From the NCBI GenBank assembly GCA_037131555.1, contig JBAXQU010000005.1:2423-66422 (forward strand): a DNA stretch of 64,000 nucleotides, in the 5' to 3' direction. The first letter of the stretch is position 1. Each line of letters opens with the position of its first letter. The DNA is from Bacteroidota bacterium. Its GTDB lineage: Bacteria; Bacteroidota; Bacteroidia; 2-12-FULL-35-15. The position numbers and the translations under genes are program-made. Below are positions 10,265 through 19,192 of this stretch, in pieces. Below the pieces are notes generated by a model. The model had not been told where the DNA came from and searched no databases. It saw nothing but the letters and a program-made list of their open reading frames with translations.

Positions 10265-10660
10265 ATGGGAACTCAGGCAAGTAAAATAACGCATGGCATA
10301 CACATAAGTGTTGATACCAAATATCAAATAGAACACTCAGTAATAGAACACCGTCATTATCTTTTCTCATATAGAATATGTATTGAGAATAAAAGTGAAT
10401 ATACAGTGCAGTTATTGACTAGGCATTGGGAAATTTTCGATTCTTCCGGTGAAAATAGTGTGGTAGATGGGCCAGGTGTAGTCGGTGAACAACCGATTTT
10501 GGAGCCAGGAGAAATATTCGAATACGAATCAGCATGCAGTTTGAACTCTGATATGGGAAAGATGAAAGGTACCTATTTGATGGAAAGGCAGATTGACAAA
10601 ACTCACTTTGTTGTTACTATTCCTGAATTTGAATTAATAATCCCTCAAAGACTTAATTAA
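10265..10660 (+). CDS. apaG: ApaG (DUF525) protein
   Basis: 131 aa. F.Y.I.IEN....VQLL.RHW.I.DS.G....V.G.GVVGEQP.L.PGE.FEY.S...L....G.M.G.Y.M pattern. Confidence 0.85.
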   Translation: MGTQASKITHGIHISVDTKYQIEHSVIEHRHYLFSYRICIENKSEYTVQLLTRHWEIFDSSGENSVVDGPGVVGEQPILEPGEIFEYESACSLNSDMGKMKGTYLMERQIDKTHFVVTIPEFELIIPQRLN

Positions 10661-10672
10661 TATTCTTTATTT

Positions 10673-11188
10673 ATGAAACGACCTGAATCAGTAGAATATC
10701 CTGAATATTTCAATAAATATATCAACTTAATAGTAGGTGATAATATATTAAAAGTACTGGAAGATCAAGTCATTGACTTTCAGGAACTCATTTCAAGCTT
10801 TACAGAAGAAAACGAAGATTTTGTTTATGCTCCTGACAAATGGACACCAAAGGAAGTGATTGGCCACATAATAGATACAGAGCGCATCATGGCTTATCGT
10901 GCATTGTGTTTTGCAAGAAAAGACAAAACCCCATTACCTGGATATGATGATATAGATTATGTGAAAAATGCAAAATTTAATTCAAGAACACTATACGATT
11001 TGGCTCATGAATTTGCTGTGGTGCGTGAATCTAACCTCTCATTATTCAAGCGACTTGATAAAGAAGCTTTAGATGAAGTTGGAGTCGCTAACGGGAAGTC
11101 CATTTCAGTGAGGGCAATGTTATTTTTTATTGCGGGTCATACAGTGCATCACATCAATGTAATCAGAACTAAATATTTGATTACATAG
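10673..11188 (+). CDS. DinB-family protein
   Basis: 171 aa. Contains W..KEVIGHIID.ERI and a C-terminal GHTVHHINVIR, consistent with a four-helix DinB_2-like layout with metal-binding His residues. Confidence 0.7.
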   Translation: MKRPESVEYPEYFNKYINLIVGDNILKVLEDQVIDFQELISSFTEENEDFVYAPDKWTPKEVIGHIIDTERIMAYRALCFARKDKTPLPGYDDIDYVKNAKFNSRTLYDLAHEFAVVRESNLSLFKRLDKEALDEVGVANGKSISVRAMLFFIAGHTVHHINVIRTKYLIT

Positions 11189-11260
11189 TTTTTTCTGATT
11201 ATTATTTCTAAATAAATCAGGGTAGGAATTTATTTTGGGTTTTCAACATAAAAGTCTACT

Positions 11261-12283
11261 TCAATAAATGTTTACTTCTCTTTCTAGTTCAACTCCAAAT
11301 TTTGTATTCACAGAATTCATAATCTGCTCCGACAAATCCAACAATTCACTTCCTCTTGCATTTGCATAATTCACCAACACTAGAGCTTGTAATTTATGAA
11401 CACCTGCATCTCCTATTGTTTTACCTTTCCATCCACATTGTTCAATGAGCCAACCTGCCGCAAGTTTAAAATTGCCATTCTCTAACTCATAACCAACGAT
11501 ATTTGGGAATTCTGTTTTCATGTCGTCAAACTTGGATCGCTTGACTTCAGGGTTTTTGAAAAAACTTCCTGCATTTCCTATTTCAGAAGGGTTGGGCAGT
11601 TTGCTATTTCTTATCGCACACACAGCTTTGCTTATTGCACTAATACTTAAATTTTGAATTCCCATTGCTTCCAACTCTTTTTCTAAGGCACCATAGTTAA
11701 CATTGTAGTTGGGTTTTTTGTTTAGTTGAAGGGTTACTGATGTAATCAGATATTGATCTTTCAATTCGCGCTTAAAGACACTTTCTCTGTAGCCAAACTT
11801 ACATTCATCCTTGTTAAATTTTTGTATGAACTTATCCTTAATGTTCCATGCTTCGAGTTCCTTGAAAGAATCTTTAAGTTCCATTCCGTATGCCCCAATA
11901 TTTTGCATCGGACTTGCGCCAACATAACCAGGAATAAGTGAAAGATTTTCTAACCCTGCATAATTATGTTCAACGCAATACATCACCAGTTGATGCCATA
12001 CTTCACCAGCATTAGCTTTCACAAAGTAATGTTCTTCATCTTCATCAACCAACTCAATGCCTTTAATCGCATTCTTGATTACTAGACCATCCACATTTTT
12101 AGTGAACAATACATTACTCCCCCCCCCCAAGATTAGCTTACTGCATTTCAAAAAGCGAGAATCTTCAAACGCTTGATTTATTTCATACAAATTACTAACT
12201 TCTATAAAATATCTAGCAGAAACATCTATTCCAAAGGTGTTTAAATTTTTCAACGAATAGTCTTCACGAACATTTATCTCCAT
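11261..12283 (-). CDS. murB: UDP-N-acetylenolpyruvoylglucosamine reductase
   Basis: 340 aa. LKNLNTFGI...A.YF, ILGGGSNVLF and GAYGMEL motifs with a MurB C-terminal domain. Contains a G10 homopolymer (plus-strand C10 at 12119-12128). Confidence 0.9.
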   Translation of the reverse strand: MEINVREDYSLKNLNTFGIDVSARYFIEVSNLYEINQAFEDSRFLKCSKLILGGGSNVLFTKNVDGLVIKNAIKGIELVDEDEEHYFVKANAGEVWHQLVMYCVEHNYAGLENLSLIPGYVGASPMQNIGAYGMELKDSFKELEAWNIKDKFIQKFNKDECKFGYRESVFKRELKDQYLITSVTLQLNKKPNYNVNYGALEKELEAMGIQNLSISAISKAVCAIRNSKLPNPSEIGNAGSFFKNPEVKRSKFDDMKTEFPNIVGYELENGNFKLAAGWLIEQCGWKGKTIGDAGVHKLQALVLVNYANARGSELLDLSEQIMNSVNTKFGVELEREVNIY

Positions 12284-12305
12284 CTAATTCTATTTTTTAT
12301 CAGAA

Positions 12306-12313
12306 CAAAGGTA
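12306..12313 (-). promoter_or_regulatory. Candidate -7 box (TACCTTTG on minus strand) upstream of murB
   Basis: Plus strand caaaggta. Lies 22 nt upstream of the murB ATG (12283). Confidence 0.4.
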
Positions 12314-12564
12314 GAGTTATTTTTACAGAAACCTTATCCCTCATTCTCTCAATATTCTCGAAGGGAGAAAATAGCGGTAACGATATTATTGTTTGTTGTT
12401 GCCGGTTTCGCTTTCATAAATTTGAATATGTAATGTTTGCTAAATGTAATGCCTTCTCAAAATAATATTTGAATTTTATTAGCATATAAAATCAATGCAC
12501 TGATTTTTTTAACAACCATAATTTGAAAACAAGAAATTGAAGATGATTCGATTCACTTTTCTTG

Positions 12565-13131
12565 CTAATTCTCTCCTCCCCACCTATACGAATCATTTTC
12601 TAATCCGGACAAATCTATTACTCGGTTTATCACTGTAGACGCAATTTCTTCAGGGGTCGTTGGTTTGTTGTAAAACGAAGGAGATGCTGGGCAAATTATA
12701 CCACCAGCTTCTGTTACTGATTTCATGTTGTTAATATGAATAAGGCTTAAAGGACTATCTCTAGTTACTAAAATAAGTTTTCTTCGTTCTTTGAGTATCA
12801 CATCTGCAGCTCTAGTAGTTAAATCATTAGAAATTCCAGAGGCAATGCGTCCAAGTGTGCCCATGCTGCAAGGACAAATAATCATTGTGTTATATTTTGC
12901 TGAACCAGATGCGAATGGCGCAAAAAAATCATTTTTATTGTAAATTTTAAAAGGCATTTTCTCATAATCTACATTGCCAAGTTCAAAATTCCATACAGCT
13001 TTAGCATTGTCGCTCATTACTACTCCAATTTCCTCAATTTGCTGACTTATGGCTTTTAGTTTTTCGAGCAAAATGCTAGCATAAATTGCTCCGCTTGCAC
13101 CGGTGATTGCAACTACTATTTTTTGTTTCAT
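12565..13131 (-). CDS. ubiX: Flavin prenyltransferase UbiX
   Basis: 188 aa. KIVVAITGASGAIYA, PCSMGTLG.IA.G and L..RA.DV.LKERR.L.LV.R motifs. Confidence 0.9.
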   Translation of the reverse strand: MKQKIVVAITGASGAIYASILLEKLKAISQQIEEIGVVMSDNAKAVWNFELGNVDYEKMPFKIYNKNDFFAPFASGSAKYNTMIICPCSMGTLGRIASGISNDLTTRAADVILKERRKLILVTRDSPLSLIHINNMKSVTEAGGIICPASPSFYNKPTTPEEIASTVINRVIDLSGLENDSYRWGGEN

Positions 13132-13213
13132 TCTTTAAATTTTTGTGTCATTGAAAGATTGAATGGAATTTGAAATGCTCAGCATTTCTAAAGAGTGTTG
13201 TGAAATATAACCA

Positions 13214-14131
13214 TTACGGAATAATTGCTTCTTCCGCTTGAATGATTTCCCATGTGGCAGTATTGTAAATAAAAGCTACTATTTTGCAATTTTTCGGAAT
13301 GCAAGTTATATTGTTGAAAGAATTTGGTAATGTATAGGCAAAATGACGAATTTGAGTCAAACCCGAAACAGCTCCACCTGTTACGAGTGTTTCTCCCCAA
13401 GCTCCTGTTGGATTGATTGCATCACGAAGTACATGATTGAATATGTAGTTTGAAACAAGCCCATGGTCAATATCATCTTGAAAACTAATCAAACTGTCTT
13501 GAGCTAGTAGTGATACTAATTTATAATTGCCTGTTACAGTAGTTAAGAATGAATCTCGAATGGCACAACAAAGTTTTCTATTTGTAGTGTCATAATTTAA
13601 TTTGATTTGTAAATCAACTACTGAAGGTTCTGTCAGATACGGTGCCACGTCACTAGGTATCGAAATGTAACTCTTCAGGTGTGTTAAGTCAACAGAATTA
13701 TAATCTTTTCTGTTTTCTAATAAACTCGGTAGACCACTTGTTGAACATTTAAAGAATGCATCATAGGTGTTTCCTACAGTAGTTCTGTAGTCTTCAATAA
13801 AATCGTTTGTACTTGAGCCTCCAAATCCAGGTGTGGGAGCGGCTAAACTTCCAGCATGTATCGCTAAGACTATTACTTGTTGTCCAGGATGTTGGTTTTC
13901 TAAAGTGTCTATATTTCTTGCAGCTCTTGGACAATTGGGACAAGTATGTCCAGTATAATCCTCTATTAATAGTTTCTTAATATGTGAAGTGACAACAGGA
14001 AAGGTTACTGACAAGCACGTGGCTGTATCACTTATGTTGGCGTTCTTTTCTGGGTAAGGGTTGCTTACATAATCGCAAGAAGCGAATAATAAACTAGCTG
14101 AAATAAGGCTTGTAAATATTGCTTTTTTCAT
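13214..14131 (-). CDS. Omp28-related/thioredoxin-fold outer-membrane lipoprotein
   Basis: 305 aa. Lipoprotein signal LLFASC and the motif EDYTGHTCPNCPRA (CxxC in a thioredoxin-like context). The family name is from memory of similar Bacteroidota annotations. Confidence 0.55.
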   Translation of the reverse strand: MKKAIFTSLISASLLFASCDYVSNPYPEKNANISDTATCLSVTFPVVTSHIKKLLIEDYTGHTCPNCPRAARNIDTLENQHPGQQVIVLAIHAGSLAAPTPGFGGSSTNDFIEDYRTTVGNTYDAFFKCSTSGLPSLLENRKDYNSVDLTHLKSYISIPSDVAPYLTEPSVVDLQIKLNYDTTNRKLCCAIRDSFLTTVTGNYKLVSLLAQDSLISFQDDIDHGLVSNYIFNHVLRDAINPTGAWGETLVTGGAVSGLTQIRHFAYTLPNSFNNITCIPKNCKIVAFIYNTATWEIIQAEEAIIP

Positions 14132-14151
14132 TTTATCTAATTATTTTCTGT

Positions 14152-15810
14152 TTAAAAACTACTTGTTACACTTAAAGTTATTCCGTTAGATGCAGGTACC
14201 TGACGACAAATCCCTCCTACACAAAATATTCCTTGACGCTGTTTGCCATAGCTCAATGTAATTCGGTTTGCATTTTTTGTATAACCAATTGTTGCACTAT
14301 AATAATGATAACGTTCCTTCGATATTTCATTACCATAATTATATTGGTCAAGTAGTGCACCAAACCAATTAGTATTATAAGTGTATTCGACCATGGCTTG
14401 TGCCCAGTCATGTTTGTCTTGTTTTGTACTTAAATTCTGAAGTTCAACTCTCACAGTTTTTTCACCTTGCATGCGATAAGTCAAATCAGCAACAATTATG
14501 CTTGAATAAATAGTAGGTGCTCCAGGTTCTTGAATAATACCCTTGTTATATTCTTGATAAGAATAAATTAAAGAAGCTTTATACTTTTTACCAAATTTCT
14601 GATTTACTTCTACATAAAAGTCACGGAAAATGGTGGTTTTACCAAAAGAATAGGACTTTGTTTTATATCCTTGAAAATTATGAGCTTCATCAACTGATAG
14701 GGAATGTGTTGTATCAAGATCGTTTGCAGCAGAATAATTCACTGTAATGTCTAATTTGTAATTTGATTTTTTTATTGCCTTCCAATTTACCTCTTCTGAA
14801 GATTGAAATTCTCCATTAGGTTGGGAAGCATAAGGATAAAAAGTTAATAAACTGTATGTGTGGTTTTTATTTAAAGCTGGTGTATAATTCAATAGTAAAT
14901 TGTTAAGAGTTGCGTTTCTATCTGATCGAAAATTCATATTGTCTGAGCGTTCTGCGCTCACAGAAACGGCAAACCCTTTCATTGCATAACTTGCAGTTAG
15001 CAATTGTGCATCCCCTGGTCGATAAATTTTATTGTTTGTCGCATTGGGGTCATTTATTTTTGAAGCAAATTCTCCATTCAAATTAAAATTATTTCTACTT
15101 AATTGAAACCTTCCAGCAGATGCTCCAACATTCTCAGGTAACACTAACGAAGGGTTGTCTGCCGATTGAAATCGACTAACAAAACTTCCTCCAATCATTA
15201 CTTTTAATTTCTTATCAGATAATTTTGCAAATGTTTCATTTACTTGCATTTCACCGTCAAAACCTCTTACCACGCCAGTTCCATAAGTCATAAATGAACG
15301 TTGTTTGCCTGTTAATCCTGTTAAATAGACACCTTTTATAGGTTCGTATTTTAGTCTGAATCCATCTAATGCATTATCAAAACCAAGTCCTCTTTCTTCA
15401 TAACTTCGAAGCACTAAACCGCTTCCAAATTGTTGGTAAAAATTACCAATTGTTACTTCTAGGGCATCTGATTTATAAGAAGCAAATCGGTATTCTAAAC
15501 CATTACCTTGGTAACGGGCATCAAAACCTTGAAGTGCATTCAAATAACTTTCGTAACGAATACCAGCCGTGAATTTACCTCTTGTGTAATTGATGTTAGC
15601 AAATCCATTAGAAAGCATTTTCTCAGGGACCTTAGGTGCACCAATGGTAGAATCAGGAATGTAATATTGTGCATCCAATTGTATGTTTCCATGTACCTCA
15701 CCAAGGGTTATGTTGCTAAAATTGTTTTGAATGGATTGCGCAATTAAATGATTGCTAGTAAGAATTCCGCATGTAATTGCGAAGAGAAATAGTTTTGTAT
15801 TGTTTCTCAC
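14152..15810 (-). CDS. Outer-membrane beta-barrel protein of unknown function (resembles the DUF6029 family)
   Basis: 552 aa. Signal peptide ...SNHLIAQ, alternating strand-like pattern and C-terminal ...GITLSVTSSF. Only 20-22 nt from both neighbours. Confidence 0.5.
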   Translation of the reverse strand: MRNNTKLFLFAITCGILTSNHLIAQSIQNNFSNITLGEVHGNIQLDAQYYIPDSTIGAPKVPEKMLSNGFANINYTRGKFTAGIRYESYLNALQGFDARYQGNGLEYRFASYKSDALEVTIGNFYQQFGSGLVLRSYEERGLGFDNALDGFRLKYEPIKGVYLTGLTGKQRSFMTYGTGVVRGFDGEMQVNETFAKLSDKKLKVMIGGSFVSRFQSADNPSLVLPENVGASAGRFQLSRNNFNLNGEFASKINDPNATNNKIYRPGDAQLLTASYAMKGFAVSVSAERSDNMNFRSDRNATLNNLLLNYTPALNKNHTYSLLTFYPYASQPNGEFQSSEEVNWKAIKKSNYKLDITVNYSAANDLDTTHSLSVDEAHNFQGYKTKSYSFGKTTIFRDFYVEVNQKFGKKYKASLIYSYQEYNKGIIQEPGAPTIYSSIIVADLTYRMQGEKTVRVELQNLSTKQDKHDWAQAMVEYTYNTNWFGALLDQYNYGNEISKERYHYYSATIGYTKNANRITLSYGKQRQGIFCVGGICRQVPASNGITLSVTSSF

Positions 15811-15832
15811 AAGAATGAATGGTTATTTAATT

Positions 15833-16339
15833 TTATTCAGTTACCTTTTCTCCTTTAGCCACTTTCTTAATCACTTCGAAAAGATGGTTCTCATCTCCTT
15901 CTGCATAAGAATTGTGTTGCCATACCACATTCCCTTTTCCGTCCACAACAAATGTATGAGGCACATTATTTACATTCATCGCACGTTTGAAATCTTGATT
16001 TTCGTCTACATAAATTTCATAATCCCATGAATGGCTTTTTGCTTCTGTACCCACTTTACTGGCGCTTCGGGCATCGTCAATTGATATTGCTATAAGTTTT
16101 ACTCCTGTTTCTTTTTGCCATTCAGTATAATTTTCTTCAATGGCATCTAATTCTTTTTTACATGGCTTGCACCAAGTAGCCCAAAAACTGATGATAATTG
16201 GTTTGCCGTCATTAGTAAATTTAGATGTGTTTACTGTTTTTCCATCTACCGTTTTTACATCAGCTGCTGCGATAGTTTGAGCAGTCGATAGGTTAGTTAA
16301 GATCATAAACGAAAGAATGCCAATAACTATTTTTTTCAT
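15833..16339 (-). CDS. TlpA/ResA-like periplasmic thiol:disulfide oxidoreductase
   Basis: 168 aa. Signal peptide and the active site FWATWCKPCKKELP-type motif (WCKPC). Confidence 0.85.
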   Translation of the reverse strand: MKKIVIGILSFMILTNLSTAQTIAAADVKTVDGKTVNTSKFTNDGKPIIISFWATWCKPCKKELDAIEENYTEWQKETGVKLIAISIDDARSASKVGTEAKSHSWDYEIYVDENQDFKRAMNVNNVPHTFVVDGKGNVVWQHNSYAEGDENHLFEVIKKVAKGEKVTE

Positions 16340-16372
16340 AAATCGTGTTATTTTTTGATTACCATAAAAAAC

Positions 16373-16416
16373 AAATCAGCAGTAATGAGTCAAAAATTGA
16401 ACCATACTGCTGATTT
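16373..16416 (-). terminator. Stem-loop with a downstream T-tract on the minus strand (candidate terminator of 16435..18162)
   Basis: Perfect 12-bp arms aaatcagcagta (16373-16384) and tactgctgattt (16405-16416) with a 20-nt loop. On the minus strand it is followed by GTTTTTTAT. The large loop lowers confidence. Confidence 0.45.
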
Positions 16417-16434
16417 ATTTTAATGAGTTACTAA

Positions 16435-18162
16435 TTATTTACTAATAGTAACTTTTTTAGTGATGGTAGTACCTCCAACATTGATATTCAAGAAATACAA
16501 TCCATTGTTGAAAGTAGAAGTATTAATTGTGTAGTTAGCTAACCCAGATGCAAGTTTACCTAAGTTATCAGTTTTAACAACCTGACCAAGTGCGTTCATC
16601 AAAGAAATAGTTACATCATTTGACACAGTTAAGCTAAAGCTTACTGTAGCTTCATCAGAAACAGGGTTTGGATAAATATTTACATATTCAACATTATTAC
16701 CAATTTCTTGAATTCCAGAAGAAGTTGAGAAGTTTATATTATCAACATAAAGGTTATTACCATAAGCTGAAGTTGCTTTGAAACGAACCAAAACAGCAGC
16801 CTGACCAGCATAAGCGCTTAAACCAACTGTTTCATGTCTCCAATCAGCAGCGGTGGCTGGAGCATAAGCAGCACTAGTTGCAGCGGAAGTTGCCAATGTA
16901 GCACCAGATTTAGTATAAACAGATGTCCAAGTAGTTCCACAATTGGTAGAAACTTGAACTTCTAATTTATCAGCTTCAGTTTGGTATTGTGCATGTGCAA
17001 CATCAAATGTCATGGATGCAGTATTTGTACCTAAAAACGATTGTGAAGGCAAACCCATTAAATCAATTACACCAGATCCGATACTGTAAAAAGCAACACC
17101 AGTACTTGCATTAGAATTGCAACCTACAGTTGCATTTTGCCATACTGAACCATCAGTACCAGGAGTAAGCATAAATGTAGTTGGAATACCAGCAGTTTCG
17201 AATGATTCTGAAACCATCGACCCACCTACAGCAGGATAAACAAGGAAACTTGAAGTTGTTGAGTTATTAGCAGAATTAGGGTCAACGGTTGCATTTGGAT
17301 TTGAACAAATAGCAGTTATTGTATGAGAACCGGCAACAGAAGAACCAACTTTAGAACCTGTTATAGTTGCATTAGCATACGTGGCAAGACTTCCTGTCCA
17401 GTTCATCACTTTTTGAGTTACTCCATCCACTTGCAATGTAACAGTACAAGAAGTTAATGTGGTCAATCCAACATTTCCAATCCTAAATGAAGGCATAACG
17501 CTATCACAAGAAGCCAAAGCAAGATTTAAAGAATTCGAGTTCATCATTTCAGCATCGATAGATGTAGTAGCTGCAGAACAAGAACCTGCATCAGTCCAAA
17601 GAGTAGCTGTATTTACTTGGCCAACTTCTGTGATTGAACGGTCAGGACAAACCATATACACAGTAGGGAAATAATGGATAGCATAAGCGGTTTCAAATGC
17701 AGAAGCTCCCGGAGTTGCAGTTGATAAATCAACTATTGGATATAGGGTACCTGCAACCCAGTTTCCTTGAGTGGTACAAGCAGAACACGATCCAGCAACA
17801 CCGTTCAATTGAGCAGTAGTATTGGTTAATTCTCCTTCAATGTACATTACTCTCACTTTGTTGTCACCATTTGGACCATGAGCAGCATAAAGACCTTCCA
17901 AAGCAGGAACGGTTACTCCACCAACTACTGTACCAGCTGTAACACCTGTATGGTAATTCCAACAAGGACCGCACCATGCAGCAGAAACGTCAATAAAAAC
18001 GGTATATCCTGAATCAAGCAAAGCATACAGATGCTGTGTATTGCTATTTAAATCAGGGAATGTAAAATCGGGAGCAATGCTTCCGGTAGCAAGTTGTGCC
18101 TTGCTTTCAACTGCTGAAAACGTTAAAGTTATTGCAGTAACAAAGAGTAAAATTTTTTTCAT
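16435..18162 (-). CDS. T9SS type-A CTD cargo protein with an N-terminal thioredoxin-like domain
   Basis: 575 aa. Signal peptide. FTFPDLNS....VFIDVSAAWCGPCWNYH (WCGPC). The central domain looks like a MAM / choice-of-anchor-J type (...WRHETVGLSAYAGQAAVLVRFKATS...). The CTD reads IYPNPVSDEATVSFSL...GLYFLNINVGGTTITKKVTISK. Confidence 0.8.
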   Translation of the reverse strand: MKKILLFVTAITLTFSAVESKAQLATGSIAPDFTFPDLNSNTQHLYALLDSGYTVFIDVSAAWCGPCWNYHTGVTAGTVVGGVTVPALEGLYAAHGPNGDNKVRVMYIEGELTNTTAQLNGVAGSCSACTTQGNWVAGTLYPIVDLSTATPGASAFETAYAIHYFPTVYMVCPDRSITEVGQVNTATLWTDAGSCSAATTSIDAEMMNSNSLNLALASCDSVMPSFRIGNVGLTTLTSCTVTLQVDGVTQKVMNWTGSLATYANATITGSKVGSSVAGSHTITAICSNPNATVDPNSANNSTTSSFLVYPAVGGSMVSESFETAGIPTTFMLTPGTDGSVWQNATVGCNSNASTGVAFYSIGSGVIDLMGLPSQSFLGTNTASMTFDVAHAQYQTEADKLEVQVSTNCGTTWTSVYTKSGATLATSAATSAAYAPATAADWRHETVGLSAYAGQAAVLVRFKATSAYGNNLYVDNINFSTSSGIQEIGNNVEYVNIYPNPVSDEATVSFSLTVSNDVTISLMNALGQVVKTDNLGKLASGLANYTINTSTFNNGLYFLNINVGGTTITKKVTISK

Positions 18163-18303
18163 TTTAAAAGAGGTTTTAGTTATTTATAAAATTAATGAGT
18201 ACAAACGTACACTATGTTATTTATAAATGCAAATTTTTGTGTCTAATTTCTATAAAACCAAATTAAAATCAGTTTTTTGATAGTTTTCCACAAAAAATAA
18301 TAT

Positions 18304-18311
18304 TACTTTTG
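18304..18311 (+). promoter_or_regulatory. Candidate -7 box (TACTTTTG) upstream of 18354..19100
   Basis: Exact TAnnTTTG match 42 nt upstream of the ATG. Confidence 0.3.
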
Positions 18312-18353
18312 CTCTTCATTTAGTTAAATAATAAATTTTAAAAATCAAAAAAG

Positions 18354-19100
18354 ATGAAAAAAATAATTACTAGTATCTTGATATTATCAACTCACTTTCT
18401 TACTTTTGGACAAGGCGTTGTTATAAAAGATTTGGCTCATAATAATGTTACAGAAACAGTATATCATGTTAGCCTTTTGCCTAACTCCTATGCTGACAAC
18501 GAATTCTTGGTTTTGAATACCAATAGCTCTTCTGGCAGTTATAAAGTGAGAAGAACCATTCTTGTAATGGATACCCAAGATTCAACTCAGTTTTGTTGGG
18601 GAGGAACTTGTTATGGTTATCCTGCGAATGTTTCAACCTATAATGAGAACATAGCTTCTGGAGACTCCGTTAATTTTGCACAAGGAGGCATGCATATTCA
18701 TTTTGTTTCAGGACCTTCTACTGTAATTAGAAAAGTACATTATAAAATATACAATACTAATACAACAACTTTCCCTGCCGATACTACAGGATTTACAATT
18801 CAATACGATCCTACTGGTGCTGGCGTTAACGAATTGAAAGCTGATGGAGAGATTTCAAATGTTTTTCCTAATCCTGCTTCAGGTAATGCTATTATTAAGT
18901 ATGATGTTTCGGCAAATGGTAAGAAAGCTAAAATTGTTTTTTATGATATGCTTGGAAAAGAAGTAAAAGAAATCAATCTTAATGATAAACAAGGTATAGC
19001 TAAAGTAGCTACCGATGATTTATTTGCAGGGGTTTATTTTTATTCTCTATTAATTGACGATAAAATTATTTCTACCAAGAAATTTGTTGTTACTCGCTAA
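18354..19100 (+). CDS. Small T9SS type-A CTD cargo protein
   Basis: 248 aa. Signal peptide. CTD reads VFPNPASGNAIIKYDV...FYDMLGKEVKEI...AGVYFYSLLIDDKIISTKKFVVTR. Confidence 0.8.
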   Translation: MKKIITSILILSTHFLTFGQGVVIKDLAHNNVTETVYHVSLLPNSYADNEFLVLNTNSSSGSYKVRRTILVMDTQDSTQFCWGGTCYGYPANVSTYNENIASGDSVNFAQGGMHIHFVSGPSTVIRKVHYKIYNTNTTTFPADTTGFTIQYDPTGAGVNELKADGEISNVFPNPASGNAIIKYDVSANGKKAKIVFYDMLGKEVKEINLNDKQGIAKVATDDLFAGVYFYSLLIDDKIISTKKFVVTR

Positions 19101-19118
19101 TAAAGCAACTATCGTATT

Positions 19119-19163
19119 AAAACAAAACAGCCACACTATATTAAGTGTGGCTGTTTTGTTTTT
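19119..19163. terminator. Bidirectional rho-independent terminator between convergent genes
   Basis: Perfect 18-bp stem aaaacaaaacagccacac (19119-19136) / gtgtggctgttttgtttt (19145-19162) with loop tatattaa. The A/T tracts inside the arms give a U-tail in both orientations. Confidence 0.85.
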
Positions 19164-19192
19164 ATAAAACCCTTCGAACTAACTTTCGGTAA

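Noticed and set aside
12284-12564. Possible small RNA or riboswitch in the 280-bp ubiX-murB gap
   Set aside because: Only a weak AT-rich hairpin is present (aaatca-atgcac-tgattt at 12489-12506), plus a plausible -7 box. No conserved riboswitch or sRNA core motif that I know is visible.
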